Assembly: GCA_020060545.1 (NCBI GenBank)
Contig: JAGUZX010000134.1
Location: 29,808-93,807 of the forward strand
Reading direction: 5' to 3'
DNA length: 64,000 nt
Origin: Desulfovibrio sp.
Lineage (GTDB): Bacteria; Bacillota; Dethiobacteria; DTU022
The notes beneath the pieces are model-generated. The model did not search any database. It worked only from the letters and a program-made list of their open reading frames with translations, and had not been told where the DNA came from. Shown here piece by piece: positions 48,799 through 60,288 of this stretch. Position 1 is the stretch's first letter. Each line of letters begins with the position of its first letter. The position numbers and the translations under genes were made by a program.

Positions 48799-49644
48799 TT
48801 AAATCACTCTTTCCACGTGGCGGCAGGCATGACAGTTCAGGTTGACCGCCGCCGCCATGCTGGCGATATGGGAGGGAAAGGTCTCGATGTGCACCGCCAG
48901 GGCGGTGATCCGCCCGCCGAAACCCTGCGGGCCGATGCCCAGATCGTTGATCTTTGCCAGTACCTGTTGCTCCAAAGCGGCAAAGAAAGGATCCGGGTGA
49001 GGCTGCCCGAGCGGGCGGAAGAGCGCTTTTTTGGCCAGGACGGCGACCATGTCAAAAGTGCCCCCGATGCCCACACCCACCACGATCGGGGGGCAGGGAT
49101 TGGGTCCCGCCTCCCGGACATGGCTGACGACAAAATTAATCACCCCGTCCACCCCGTCGGAGGGGTTGAGCATCTTGACGGCGCTCATATTCTCACTGCC
49201 GCCGCCCTTGGGGGCGAAAGCGATCTTCACCTTGTCCCCGGCAACCAGGCGCAGGTGGATCACCGCGGGAGTATTGTCGCCGGTGTTCACTCTTTTCCGC
49301 AAAGGGTCGTCCACGATCGATTTGCGCAGGAAACCTTCTTCGTAACCCCGGCGCACCCCTTCGTGAATAGCTTCCTCCAGGGTCCCCCCGGTGAGATGAA
49401 CCTCCTGGCCCCACTCCACAAAAAAAACGGCAAAACCCGTATCCTGGCAGATCGGAATTTGCTCGCCCCGGGCGATCGCCACGTTTTCGATCAGCTGGCG
49501 CAGGACTTCTTTCCCGGTCGGCGACTCTTCCCGTTCAACCGCCTGCTGAAGGGCCCGATAAACGTCTTCGCCCAGGTAGATGTTCGCTTCCCGGCACATT
49601 TGCGCTACCTGGGCGGAAATTTCAGCCCCTGCCAATTCCCGCAT
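48799..49644 (-). CDS. Class I fumarate hydratase, alpha (N-terminal) subunit
   Basis: PICQDTG, NTGDNTP, PKGGGSEN, NPCPP, GIGPQGFGG, CHACRH. Confidence 0.92.
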   Translation of the reverse strand: MRELAGAEISAQVAQMCREANIYLGEDVYRALQQAVEREESPTGKEVLRQLIENVAIARGEQIPICQDTGFAVFFVEWGQEVHLTGGTLEEAIHEGVRRGYEEGFLRKSIVDDPLRKRVNTGDNTPAVIHLRLVAGDKVKIAFAPKGGGSENMSAVKMLNPSDGVDGVINFVVSHVREAGPNPCPPIVVGVGIGGTFDMVAVLAKKALFRPLGQPHPDPFFAALEQQVLAKINDLGIGPQGFGGRITALAVHIETFPSHIASMAAAVNLNCHACRHVERVI

Positions 49645-49794
49645 CACCGCTCGCCTCCTGTGCATTTTATTTATGGCATTTCTTCCTTTTGTTCATAAAT
49701 TCCTGCACCGCCTTATAATTTCTATGATCATTCTAAAATTTATGATCGCCCAGGGGGCGTTTCCCCATCCCGGCGCTGGAAAGGCATTCAAAAT

Positions 49795-49825
49795 AGGGAC
49801 GGGGGACCGCCGGTCCCCCGTCCCT
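49795..49825. repeat. Perfect 14-bp-arm hairpin sharing AGGGACGGGG with the RAYT-flanking repeats
   Basis: agggacgggggacc-gcc-ggtcccccgtccct. Confidence 0.7.
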
Positions 49826-49848
49826 TAATACGCTGCGCCACGCAAGGC

Positions 49849-50745
49849 TTAAAAAGGAGCCGCACCCTCGCCCTGCTGCAGCAGCCTTTCCCAATCGCGG
49901 TCCACGCTGTGCTGCAGCGCTTCCACCTGCCAGCGTTCGAGGCCGCTGAAGCGCCGTTGCAGGGCCAGGTATTCTTCGAGAGGAGCTTTTTGGGGCGGGC
50001 GGTAGGTCAGCTCAACCGTAATACCGTCCCTTATTTCATATAAAGGAAACAGGCAGCTTTCCACCGCCAGGCGGGACAAACGGATCGTTTCGTCGGACTC
50101 GGCGCCCCATCCCGGGGGGCAGGGGATCAACAGGTGGAAAAAGCGGAATCCCTTGATGCCGCGGGCCTTTACAAATTTCTGCGCCAGGTCGTCCGGAAAG
50201 GCGACCGTGGCCGTGGCCGCATACGGGATCCCGTGCGCGGCCATGATCCGCATGATCTCCTTTTTCTGCCTCTCTTTGGTGCGGGGCAGCGGGAGGGTAT
50301 TGGTATGACAGCCATACGGCGTGGCGGAGCTGGTCTGCATGCCCGTGTTCATATAAGCCTCGTTGTCGTAGCAGACAAAGATAAAATCTTCGTTGCGCTG
50401 CGCCGCGCCGGAAAGCGCCTGCAGCCCGATATCAAACGTGCCTCCGTCACCGGCCAGGACCACGACGGTGGTATCACGGTTTCCTTTCTGTTCGAGACCC
50501 CGCTTTACACCGCTCCCCACCGACGCCGCGCTGGGGAAAGGGCAGTGCAGGATCGGGCACTTCAAGGTGGTCAGGGGCGGCCCCCCGGCGATGATACTCC
50601 AGCAGCAAGCGGTGATCACCATAACGATGTCCGGCCCGAGGGCCCGGCTAAAATACCGCACCGCGAGAGCCGCGCCGCAACCCGGGCAGGCCGAGTGACC
50701 GGAGTAAAGTATCTCCGCGCCGGAATCGGTTTCGCGCAAATTCAT
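49849..50745 (-). CDS. 2-oxoacid:ferredoxin oxidoreductase beta (TPP-binding) subunit
   Basis: GHSACPGCG, GDGGTFDIG, YDNEAYMNTG, PCPPGW. Confidence 0.92.
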   Translation of the reverse strand: MNLRETDSGAEILYSGHSACPGCGAALAVRYFSRALGPDIVMVITACCWSIIAGGPPLTTLKCPILHCPFPSAASVGSGVKRGLEQKGNRDTTVVVLAGDGGTFDIGLQALSGAAQRNEDFIFVCYDNEAYMNTGMQTSSATPYGCHTNTLPLPRTKERQKKEIMRIMAAHGIPYAATATVAFPDDLAQKFVKARGIKGFRFFHLLIPCPPGWGAESDETIRLSRLAVESCLFPLYEIRDGITVELTYRPPQKAPLEEYLALQRRFSGLERWQVEALQHSVDRDWERLLQQGEGAAPF

Positions 50746-51893
50746 GCGAGATCCACCCCCCATACTTCTCGATCTGGCCCTCCCCCGCCGGTGAAAAGGC
50801 TCCCGTCCAGGATGCGCTTCAGCATCCACGGGGTTAAGTCGACTCCCCCGGCAAGGATCAGGTTCTGCACGGGCGGCGCGGCGGCGGCGCCGTAAAGGGC
50901 CGCCTTTACTTCCTGGGCCAGGATGCCGCCCAGCCCGGGCGAGCAGTTGCGGTCAACCACGATCACCGTTTCGGCCCCCGACGCTTCGACCCGGGTCCTC
51001 AGCTCCCGGGCCGGAAAGGGGCGCACCGCTTTCAGGCGCAGCAGCCCGGTCCCGTCCAGGGCAGGTAAGACGCTCTTAATCGTTTCGGCGCAGCTTCCTG
51101 CCGTGACTAATAGCGTCTTGGCCCCTTCGCAAGCAACCCCCTCCACGGCAGGGTAACTGCGGCCAAAAAGGGCCGCAAAGCGGTCGTTTATCTCCCGCAG
51201 CGTTTCCCAGACCCGTTCCATCGCCCGGTGGCGCGACAGCACCAGCCGCGACTGCGCCTCGGCGCCGATCAGCCCGTGAAGGTTGGCCGGGCGGCCGGGA
51301 TCCACCTGGGCCGCAAAACAGGACGGCCCCAGAAAGCGGGCCACCGTATCACGGGGCGGTATATCGACAGCCTCGTAGGTGTGGGAAACGTAAAAACCGT
51401 CAAAAACAACCATGCAAGGCAGAAGCACGCTCTCCGCCAGGGCAAAAGCCTGCAGGATTGTATCAAATACCTCCTGGGCATTTGCGCAGTAGAGCTGGAT
51501 CCAGCCGGTATCGCGCTGCGAAAGGCTGTCGATCTGATCCGGTTCCAGGCACCAGGGGGCCCCCATGGCCCGGTTCACGTTGGCCAGCACTATCGGGTGG
51601 CGGGCCCCGGCGCACCAGTGGATCATTTCGTGCATGTAGGCGAGGCCATGGGAAGATGTGGCGGTAAAGGTACGGGCTCCGGCGGACGCCGCCCCGCTGC
51701 AGTAGGCCAGGGAGGCATATTCCGATTCCGCGTTGACGTATTCGCCACCCAGTTCACCCCGGGCCCAGTACTCGGCCAGGGTTTCCACGATCGCCGTCTG
51801 GGGGGTGATCGGGTAAGCGACCACCAGGTCGACGCCGGCCCGTTGCACCGCCGTGGCCGCAGCCTGGCTCCCGGTAATCATTTCAACCGGCAT
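50742..51893 (-). CDS. 2-oxoacid:ferredoxin oxidoreductase alpha subunit
   Basis: AYPITPQT, ESE, TATSSHGL, NRA, DGFYVSHT. Confidence 0.92.
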   Translation of the reverse strand: MPVEMITGSQAAATAVQRAGVDLVVAYPITPQTAIVETLAEYWARGELGGEYVNAESEYASLAYCSGAASAGARTFTATSSHGLAYMHEMIHWCAGARHPIVLANVNRAMGAPWCLEPDQIDSLSQRDTGWIQLYCANAQEVFDTILQAFALAESVLLPCMVVFDGFYVSHTYEAVDIPPRDTVARFLGPSCFAAQVDPGRPANLHGLIGAEAQSRLVLSRHRAMERVWETLREINDRFAALFGRSYPAVEGVACEGAKTLLVTAGSCAETIKSVLPALDGTGLLRLKAVRPFPARELRTRVEASGAETVIVVDRNCSPGLGGILAQEVKAALYGAAAAPPVQNLILAGGVDLTPWMLKRILDGSLFTGGGGPDREVWGVDLA

Positions 51894-53445
51894 AAACCGC
51901 GCCTCCTTCCATCACCAGCACCCGTGCCGGGCATTCCCGCGCGCAGATGCCGCAGCCCTTGCAGTAATCAAGGTTGAAAGAGTACTGTTCATCATCCCAC
52001 AGCACCGCCACATCGGGGCAAAACAGGGCGCAGGCGCCGCAGGAATTGCATGTGCCGCACCCCAGGCAGCGGCCGGCCTCTTCCACCGGTTCCCCCTGGC
52101 GCCGGTTCAGTTGTTTAGCGGGCAGCGACGCCAGGTGCAGATCGGCAAAGGTAACCAGCCGCGGCGCGGCGGCCGGGGCTGCACTGTCAATCCCGGCGCT
52201 CCCGTTTAAGCGTGCGGTGATGGCCGCCGCCGCGATCCGGCCTGCCCGGATCGCTTCCGTGACGGTGGCCGGCCCGCTCACCAGATCTCCCCCGGCAAAG
52301 ACAGGATAGTGCCGCTCCAAGCGGCCGAATACGCTGAAATCCGGTTCCTGCCCGACGGCAAAGATCAGGCTCCCGCACGGAATTTCAAGAGGAGCCCCGC
52401 TTAAAACGTTTACTTTTCCGGCGGCGGTGGCAGTCCGATCGAGGAGCACCGCCTCCGGCTTGCCGCACTCGCCCTGAACGGCCCGGGGGACGACGTTGAA
52501 GAGAAACCGGACCCCTTCCGCCTCCGCCGCCTTAACTTCGTCACGCGAGGCGGGCATCTCCTCCCGGCTGCGGCGGTAAGCCACACTGACCCTCCGGACC
52601 CCTTCCTGCCGCAGCGCCATCCTGGCGGCGTCGACCGCGGCGTTGCCGCCCCCCACCACAACCACCGGTCCGGCAAGGTCGACCCGCTGCCCCCGGTTGA
52701 CGCGGCTCAGGAATTCCAGGGCGCTCCATACCCCGGGCAGTTCCGCTCCGGGTAACACCGGGGTACGGGCCTGCGCGGCGCCCGTGGCCAGGAACACCGC
52801 ATCGTTCTCTTCCAGCAGCTGCTCCAACCCGACGTCTAAGCCCAGGGCGCACCCGGTCACAAACTCAATCCCTTCGTCCGCCAGGATCTGCAGTTCACGG
52901 GAGAGGATCGCCCGGGGCAGCCGGTAATCCGGTATGCCCAGGGCCAAAAGCCCGCCGGCTGCGGCGGCCCGCTCGATGACGGTGACGCGGAATCCTTCCC
53001 GGTTAAGATAATAGGCGCAGCTCATCCCGGCCGGCCCGGACCCGGCGACAGCTACATGGCCGCGCTGCGGCCGGGGCGCGGGCGGCTTCCGGTAATGTTC
53101 CAAACGCCAAAGCCCGACGGCCCTTTCCACGGCCTGGATCTCGATGCCCTCATCCAGGTATTGACGGTTGCAGCTTTCCATGCAGGGATGGAAACAGACA
53201 TAGCCGGTGATCGCCGGGAAGGGGTTCTTCCGCCGTGTAATCCGCCATGCTTCGTCCCAGCGCCCGCGCTTCACCGCTTCCAGCCACTCCGGGATGTCGC
53301 TTTCCAGGAAACAGGCTTCAAAACAAGGCGATCGCCCTTTCACCCTGGCCGGGGCCAGAAACCGCCAGTCTCCGGTTTTATTGGCCAGGGACGGTTTTTC
53401 ACCGCGCGCGTATTCTACTTCCGCCTGCCCTACATTAGCGGACAA
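51883..53445 (-). CDS. PorD-like delta subunit fused with a GltD/DsrL-like FAD/NAD(P) oxidoreductase
   Basis: N-terminal NKTGDWR; PC..AC, VCFHPC..SCNR, GSGPAG, GGGNAAVD, YRR; C-terminal CNSCGAC..FCPD and CKGCGICARECP. Confidence 0.85.
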   Translation of the reverse strand: MSANVGQAEVEYARGEKPSLANKTGDWRFLAPARVKGRSPCFEACFLESDIPEWLEAVKRGRWDEAWRITRRKNPFPAITGYVCFHPCMESCNRQYLDEGIEIQAVERAVGLWRLEHYRKPPAPRPQRGHVAVAGSGPAGMSCAYYLNREGFRVTVIERAAAAGGLLALGIPDYRLPRAILSRELQILADEGIEFVTGCALGLDVGLEQLLEENDAVFLATGAAQARTPVLPGAELPGVWSALEFLSRVNRGQRVDLAGPVVVVGGGNAAVDAARMALRQEGVRRVSVAYRRSREEMPASRDEVKAAEAEGVRFLFNVVPRAVQGECGKPEAVLLDRTATAAGKVNVLSGAPLEIPCGSLIFAVGQEPDFSVFGRLERHYPVFAGGDLVSGPATVTEAIRAGRIAAAAITARLNGSAGIDSAAPAAAPRLVTFADLHLASLPAKQLNRRQGEPVEEAGRCLGCGTCNSCGACALFCPDVAVLWDDEQYSFNLDYCKGCGICARECPARVLVMEGGAVYAG

Positions 53446-54019
53446 CCCCCGACACCTCCTTTACCTTCCGGTAACCTTCAGCTACGGCTTTACTGTTCTG
53501 ATCCCTGCGGGTGGAGATCCTCTTTTCCACCGCCGCCAGGACGCTGTCGAGAGAGGCCAGCCCCGTGATCCGGGCCAGGGCGCCGACCATTACCGTATTG
53601 ACGACCGGGAAAGCGCCGATGGTAAGGTTATGCTGGTCGGCTATCGCCGAAGCATCTACCCGGAAAATCCGGAAAGCCGTTGCGGAATCAAAATCGTTTA
53701 AGTAAGAGAGCTCTCGATCCGGGGCGTTGACCAAAAGCAGCCCCGCTGTTTTCAGCCCGGCCAGGACCGTATCGCCGCTGATCGTGACATCCAGCGCCGC
53801 CACGCAGTCCGGTTCGTAGATCCGGCAGCGCGGCATCAAGGCGGCGCTGCTGACACGCACAAATGCCGTTACCGGGGCGCCGCGGCGTTCGGCCCCGAAG
53901 AGCGAAAAAGCCCGGGCGTAAAAACCTTCGCGAAAGACGGCTTCGGCAAAGACAGCCGCCGCTACGACGATCCCCTGTCCGCCCCGGCCGTGGAGCCGGA
54001 ACTCTGTGATCTTCTCCAT
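53435..54019 (-). CDS. 2-oxoacid:ferredoxin oxidoreductase gamma subunit
   Basis: HGRGGQG, FGAERRGAPV, NTVMVGA. Confidence 0.92.
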   Translation of the reverse strand: MEKITEFRLHGRGGQGIVVAAAVFAEAVFREGFYARAFSLFGAERRGAPVTAFVRVSSAALMPRCRIYEPDCVAALDVTISGDTVLAGLKTAGLLLVNAPDRELSYLNDFDSATAFRIFRVDASAIADQHNLTIGAFPVVNTVMVGALARITGLASLDSVLAAVEKRISTRRDQNSKAVAEGYRKVKEVSGVVR

Positions 54020-54032
54020 ATCAGCGCCTCCT

Positions 54033-54077
54033 TGCAATTTTCTGCAATTTGCATGGAAATGCGTGCAGATATATGCA
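54033..54077. promoter_or_regulatory. Three tandem TGCA-N6-TGC(A/G) boxes; candidate binding sites for the sigma54 activator
   Basis: tgcaattttctgca (54033-46), tgcatggaaatgcg (54050-63), tgcagatatatgca (54064-77). Confidence 0.5.
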
Positions 54078-54085
54078 TGCCTAAA

Positions 54086-55147
54086 TCAAACCCTGGCGGA
54101 TTGCGTCAGGGCGCCGTCATGACGGATCCGCTCTTCGGCCATTAAATCGGCCGCCGCTGCAGGGGTGATCCGCTCTTCCCTGGCCCGTTTGAACAGCGCC
54201 TGCAGCCTGCCCTCGATCCGGGCCACAGCCTGCCGGATCCCCGCCGCATCCGTAACGCCCCGCCGGATCGAATCGACAAAAACCAATCCGCCGGCGTTGA
54301 TGACAAAGTCCGGCGCGTAAAGGATGCCCAGCTGCTGCAGCGCCGCGGCACAGTCTTCCGTCAGAAGGACATTATTGGCCGCCCCTGCCACGATCCGGCA
54401 CTTCAGCAGCGGGATTGTTTGAGGGTTGATTACCGCACCGCCTCCGCAGGGGGCAAAAATGTCGCACTCCTGCGCGTAAATCTGATCCGGGGAAACCGCC
54501 CGGGAGCCCCAGAGTTCGACCACGGTTTTTACCCTGGCCGGATCCAGGTCGGTGACAATCAATTTGGCCCCTTCGTTGGAGAGATACTGGCAGAGGCATC
54601 CGCCAACCCCCCCCAAACCCTGCACCGCAACGGTCATGCCTTTCAGGGAAGGGCTGCCGTACACCTCGGCCGCGCAGGCCTTGATCCCCTGCAGCACCCC
54701 GTAAGCGGTAAATGGTGAAGGGCTGCCGGAAACGGAACCGCCGATCGCGTATGCGGTTTCCAGACGCATCCAGTCAAGGTCCTTTTCATCAATGCCCATA
54801 TCCTCGCCGGTAAAAAAACGGCCCTGCAGCTTTTGCACGCAGCGGCCGTAGGCCCTGAACAGCCCTTCGCTCTTGTCGCGGCGAGGGTCGCCCATGATCA
54901 ACCCTTTGCCTCCCCCTAAAGAAAGTTCCGCCGCCGCCGCTTTATAGGTCATCCCCCGGGCCAGCCGCATGACATCCTCGATGGCTGCTTCTTCAGAAGG
55001 GTATGACCACATGCGGGTGCCTCCCAGGGCCGGCCCCAGTGCCGTGCTGTGAATGGCGATGGCCGCCTTCAGGCCTGTCCCGGGGTCGTAAAACAGCAGC
55101 AGCTCCTCAAACCGGCGGCTCTCCATCTTCAAGAAGTAACCGGTCAT
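54086..55147 (-). CDS. Leu/Val/Phe dehydrogenase
   Basis: IHSTALGPALGGTRM, LARGMTYK, GGGK, GEDMG, QGLGGVG, GAANN, APDFVINAGG. ATG 55147 behind AGGAGG. Confidence 0.92.
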   Translation of the reverse strand: MTGYFLKMESRRFEELLLFYDPGTGLKAAIAIHSTALGPALGGTRMWSYPSEEAAIEDVMRLARGMTYKAAAAELSLGGGKGLIMGDPRRDKSEGLFRAYGRCVQKLQGRFFTGEDMGIDEKDLDWMRLETAYAIGGSVSGSPSPFTAYGVLQGIKACAAEVYGSPSLKGMTVAVQGLGGVGGCLCQYLSNEGAKLIVTDLDPARVKTVVELWGSRAVSPDQIYAQECDIFAPCGGGAVINPQTIPLLKCRIVAGAANNVLLTEDCAAALQQLGILYAPDFVINAGGLVFVDSIRRGVTDAAGIRQAVARIEGRLQALFKRAREERITPAAAADLMAEERIRHDGALTQSARV

Positions 55148-55197
55148 GTTTATACTCTTCCTCCTCTGGTCAAACTTTTTCTCTAGTTTCTTTAATT

Positions 55198-55213
55198 TGC
55201 AATTGGCGTACCA
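55198..55213 (-). promoter_or_regulatory. sigma54 (-24/-12) promoter
   Basis: Minus strand TGGTACGCCAATTGCA, 50 nt upstream of the dehydrogenase ATG and next to an enhancer-binding-protein gene. Confidence 0.85.
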
Positions 55214-55250
55214 CAAGCGAGCCCCAGACCGTTTGACACGGGAATTTTCG

Positions 55251-55290
55251 GAAAATAAAAACGCCGCCCGCCCATTGAGGGGGCGGCGCG
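55251..55290 (-). terminator. Intrinsic terminator after the sigma54 activator gene
   Basis: Minus strand cgccgccc...gggcggcg followed by tttttatttt. Confidence 0.7.
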
Positions 55291-55325
55291 GTCTTGAACG
55301 TGATCGTTGAAAAGCGGGGTGCCGG

Positions 55326-57005
55326 TCAGTTTTCCCGGGCGGAGCCGGCGGGAGGATAAATCCGGTAGCGTTCAATCTTGTTATAGAGGCCGCGGATCGA
55401 TATCTTCAGCCGGCGGGCGGCTTCGCTTTTATTCCAACCGGCTTCGGCAAGCGCTTGCCGGATCATCTCCCGTTCCCAGTTCCGGTGCATCTCCGCCAGC
55501 GATCCGCCCCCATATACCGCGCCGGGCTCCTTTTTTTCAGGCACCGTGGCGAAAGGAATCATCAGGTGCTGCTCGTCAATCCTCACCTCATCGCGCCCCA
55601 GGTTAATCAGCGCCCGCGAGATTACATTCTGCAGTTCGCGCATATTGCCGGGCCAATCGTATTCCTGCAGCCGCCGGTAGACCCGGGGTGATATTTCCAC
55701 GGCCAAGCGCCCGTATTCCTGGCCGTAACGGTTAACATAATAGTCGGCCAGCAGCGGGATATCCTCCTTAATCTCCCTTAAAGGGGGCATCAAGATCGGA
55801 AACACATTCAGGCGGTAGTAAAGGTCCTTGCGGAAAGAGCCTTTCTGCACCATTTCCTCCAGGTCGGCATTGGTGGCGGCGATAACCCTGACATCGATGG
55901 CGCGGGTGCGGGATTCTCCGACGCGGATAATCTCCCCTTCCTGGAGTACCCGCAGCAGCCTGGCCTGGGCTTCCTGGCTCATGGCCCCGATTTCGTCCAG
56001 GAAGAGGGTGCCGCCGTGGGCTTCTTCGAAGTAGCCCTTTCGCCCCCCCTTCCGCGCCCCGGTAAAAGCCCCGTCGGCGTAGCCGAAGAGCTCGCTTTCC
56101 AGGAGGGTGTCCGTAAGCGAAGCGCAGTTGACCCGGATAAACGGCCGCTCGGCCCTCTCGCTGGCATGATGGATGGCGTGGGCGAACAGCTCTTTCCCCG
56201 TGCCGCACTCGCCCCGCAGCAGCACGCTGGCCGGGGTTCTGGCCGCCTGACCGGCCCGTTCCACCGTTTCCAGCAGCCTCTTGCTGCGCCCGATAATATC
56301 TTCAAATGTATAGCGGGACTCCAGGCGGCGCACCAGGCGGCGCGTCCGCTCCAGCTCCTCCATCAGGCGCCTGATCTCGGAAATATCGTGGATTACCCCG
56401 ACACTGCCCTTCATTCTTCCGTTGATCTGCAAAGGGGCGCAGCTCACGACGACGTCACGGCGGTAAGGACCGACCTTCATGCGGACCCCTTTGATCGGCT
56501 TGCCGGTCTTCAGGACCTGGAAATGCACGCTTTCGCCTTCGGCGATATCCACCGTAGCCGGCTGGCGCAGCACCTGCTCCGCGGTCATCCCGGTCAGGCG
56601 GGTATAGGCCCGGTTGATCATCAGCCCCATCCCTTTTTCATCCACCACGGAAACGGCGTCGGAGAGGGAATCGATAATCGCCTGCAGCAACAGCTGCCCT
56701 TCCGCACCGGTTGGCACGTCGGAACACAGCTCGCTCAAGACGATCCAGTATCCGCCGGACGAAATTTCAATTTTAGAAACGGTAAATTTTTGCCCGCCGC
56801 AATCAAAAAGAGCCGGAAAAGAGCCCTTCTGCAGCAGCCCGAGCAGCTGATCCCTTCCCGGGGGAAAAAGTTTTTCATCGCAAAACCGGGCGGCCTGCCG
56901 GTTGTAATATTGAACGCGATGATCGCTATCGCAAAGAACCAGCCCTTCCTCCAGGCTGTTCAGGAGATCGAAGCAGGCGGCGCCGGGCGGGAACTGAGAA
57001 TTCAT
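55326..57005 (-). CDS. PAS-domain sigma54-dependent transcriptional activator (BkdR/RocR-like)
   Basis: PAS region, [46 protein letters not shown]-terminal Fis-type HTH. Confidence 0.93.
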   Translation of the reverse strand: MNSQFPPGAACFDLLNSLEEGLVLCDSDHRVQYYNRQAARFCDEKLFPPGRDQLLGLLQKGSFPALFDCGGQKFTVSKIEISSGGYWIVLSELCSDVPTGAEGQLLLQAIIDSLSDAVSVVDEKGMGLMINRAYTRLTGMTAEQVLRQPATVDIAEGESVHFQVLKTGKPIKGVRMKVGPYRRDVVVSCAPLQINGRMKGSVGVIHDISEIRRLMEELERTRRLVRRLESRYTFEDIIGRSKRLLETVERAGQAARTPASVLLRGECGTGKELFAHAIHHASERAERPFIRVNCASLTDTLLESELFGYADGAFTGARKGGRKGYFEEAHGGTLFLDEIGAMSQEAQARLLRVLQEGEIIRVGESRTRAIDVRVIAATNADLEEMVQKGSFRKDLYYRLNVFPILMPPLREIKEDIPLLADYYVNRYGQEYGRLAVEISPRVYRRLQEYDWPGNMRELQNVISRALINLGRDEVRIDEQHLMIPFATVPEKKEPGAVYGGGSLAEMHRNWEREMIRQALAEAGWNKSEAARRLKISIRGLYNKIERYRIYPPAGSAREN

Positions 57006-57100
57006 CTCATCCCTCCTCGCGATCATGATCTCAGAATTCAGAATATTTAAGGAAGATGTTTCCGGCAATTGCTGGCTTCTGTTCGGGAAAATACAGTACT

Positions 57101-59158
<2,058 letters not shown>

Positions 59159-59355
59159 TCACCCCCAACGGTTGTTGCACAGGCCTGTTTACCGCTGTTT
59201 TGGTTGGATTGAAAATATCTCCTGGCAGTATTATTGCCTGATCCGTCCCCAAAAACGCCTTTCGCCGCACCCCTAACCATAGCGCGGCCACAGGCGGCGC
59301 GCCTGTTTATTTACCGCATCGCATGTGCCTTATCCGGCAGCAGTCATATATTTAC

Positions 59356-59382
59356 ATTCGCCGCCCGGCGCCTATTTCCTGC
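59356..59382 (-). promoter_or_regulatory. sigmaH-like promoter upstream of ligA
   Basis: Minus strand GCAGGAAATAGGCGCCGGGCGGCGAAT. Confidence 0.4.
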
Positions 59383-59523
59383 TGCCGGCTCCTTTCTGCG
59401 CCAGTAAAAAAACATATACCGGGTCGCTGCCGTTTGGGGTGGTTGAAAATGGCCGGTTTGCCCGGCGTAAAATTTAAACGGCCGCTATCCGGGCCGTTTG
59501 CAGCACAGACTGTTGCGCCCCGT

Positions 59524-59925
59524 CTAAATGCAGCGGTCCCTGATGTAGCTGACGATACTTTCCAGGGGATCGCCGGGTGTAAATACCCGGTCGGCGCAGC
59601 CGCTTTGTTTGAGCGCCAGGGCGTCCTCTTCCGGAATGATCCCGCCCACCAGCAGCGGCACCGCCCCGAGCTGCCTCTCGTTCAACAGCTCCTTGATCCG
59701 CGGCACGAGGGTCATGTGCGCCCCGGAGAGGATGCTCAACCCCACCACATCCACGTCTTCCTGCAGCGCGGCTTCGGCCACCTGTTCGGGAGTCTGGTGC
59801 AGCCCCGTGTAGATCACTTCCATCCCCGCGTCGCGCAGCGCCCTGGCGACCACCTTGGCCCCCCGGTCGTGCCCGTCCAGGCCCGGTTTCGCCACCAGAA
59901 CCCTGATCTTCCTCTTGCTGGACAT
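59524..59925 (-). CDS. Cobalamin-binding small subunit of isobutyryl-CoA-type mutase
   Basis: [26 protein letters not shown]. Confidence 0.92.
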   Translation of the reverse strand: MSSKRKIRVLVAKPGLDGHDRGAKVVARALRDAGMEVIYTGLHQTPEQVAEAALQEDVDVVGLSILSGAHMTLVPRIKELLNERQLGAVPLLVGGIIPEEDALALKQSGCADRVFTPGDPLESIVSYIRDRCI

Positions 59926-60025
59926 ATCCAACAACACCCCTACTTTCCCTTGCTCGTTTACTCAACCCACTTCCGAGAAATCGCTTGACTTAATACTGGC
60001 TCCACTCATTTACAGCCATACGCGT

Positions 60026-60261
60026 TCAATTATCTATGCCGGCCCATTGCCGGTATTGCATGGCTTTCTCCTGACCGATCAAAGATTCCAGGAGCAGGGC
60101 GGTAAAGTGGAAGACCCGCGTGCCAAACCCGGTAATGATATGGCCGTCCCGGACCGCAGGTCCCGGCGTCCGGATAGCCCCGGCAAACAAAGGGTGATTT
60201 TGCACTTCGGAGCAAAAGTATTTGCCATCCAGTATCCCCGCTGCGCCCTCAAAACTCTCAT
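60026..60261 (-). pseudogene. DJ-1/PfpI-family relic with an internal deletion
   Basis: GGAGG RBS then ATG AGA GTT TTG (MRVL), joined out of frame to AAGILDGK...PAVRDGHIITG...FTALLLESLIGQEKA, which resembles a DJ-1 C-terminal half. Confidence 0.55.
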
Positions 60262-60288
60262 GCAAATTCGCCTCCAAGCGCTTACCTC

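Noticed and set aside
55148-55375. N-terminal extensions in the ORF track (Leu dehydrogenase; likewise 2Fe-2S subunit, ispG, dxr, tsf, icmA, porB)
   Set aside because: They overlap promoters, terminators or upstream genes; downstream starts have good RBSs and match family N-termini.
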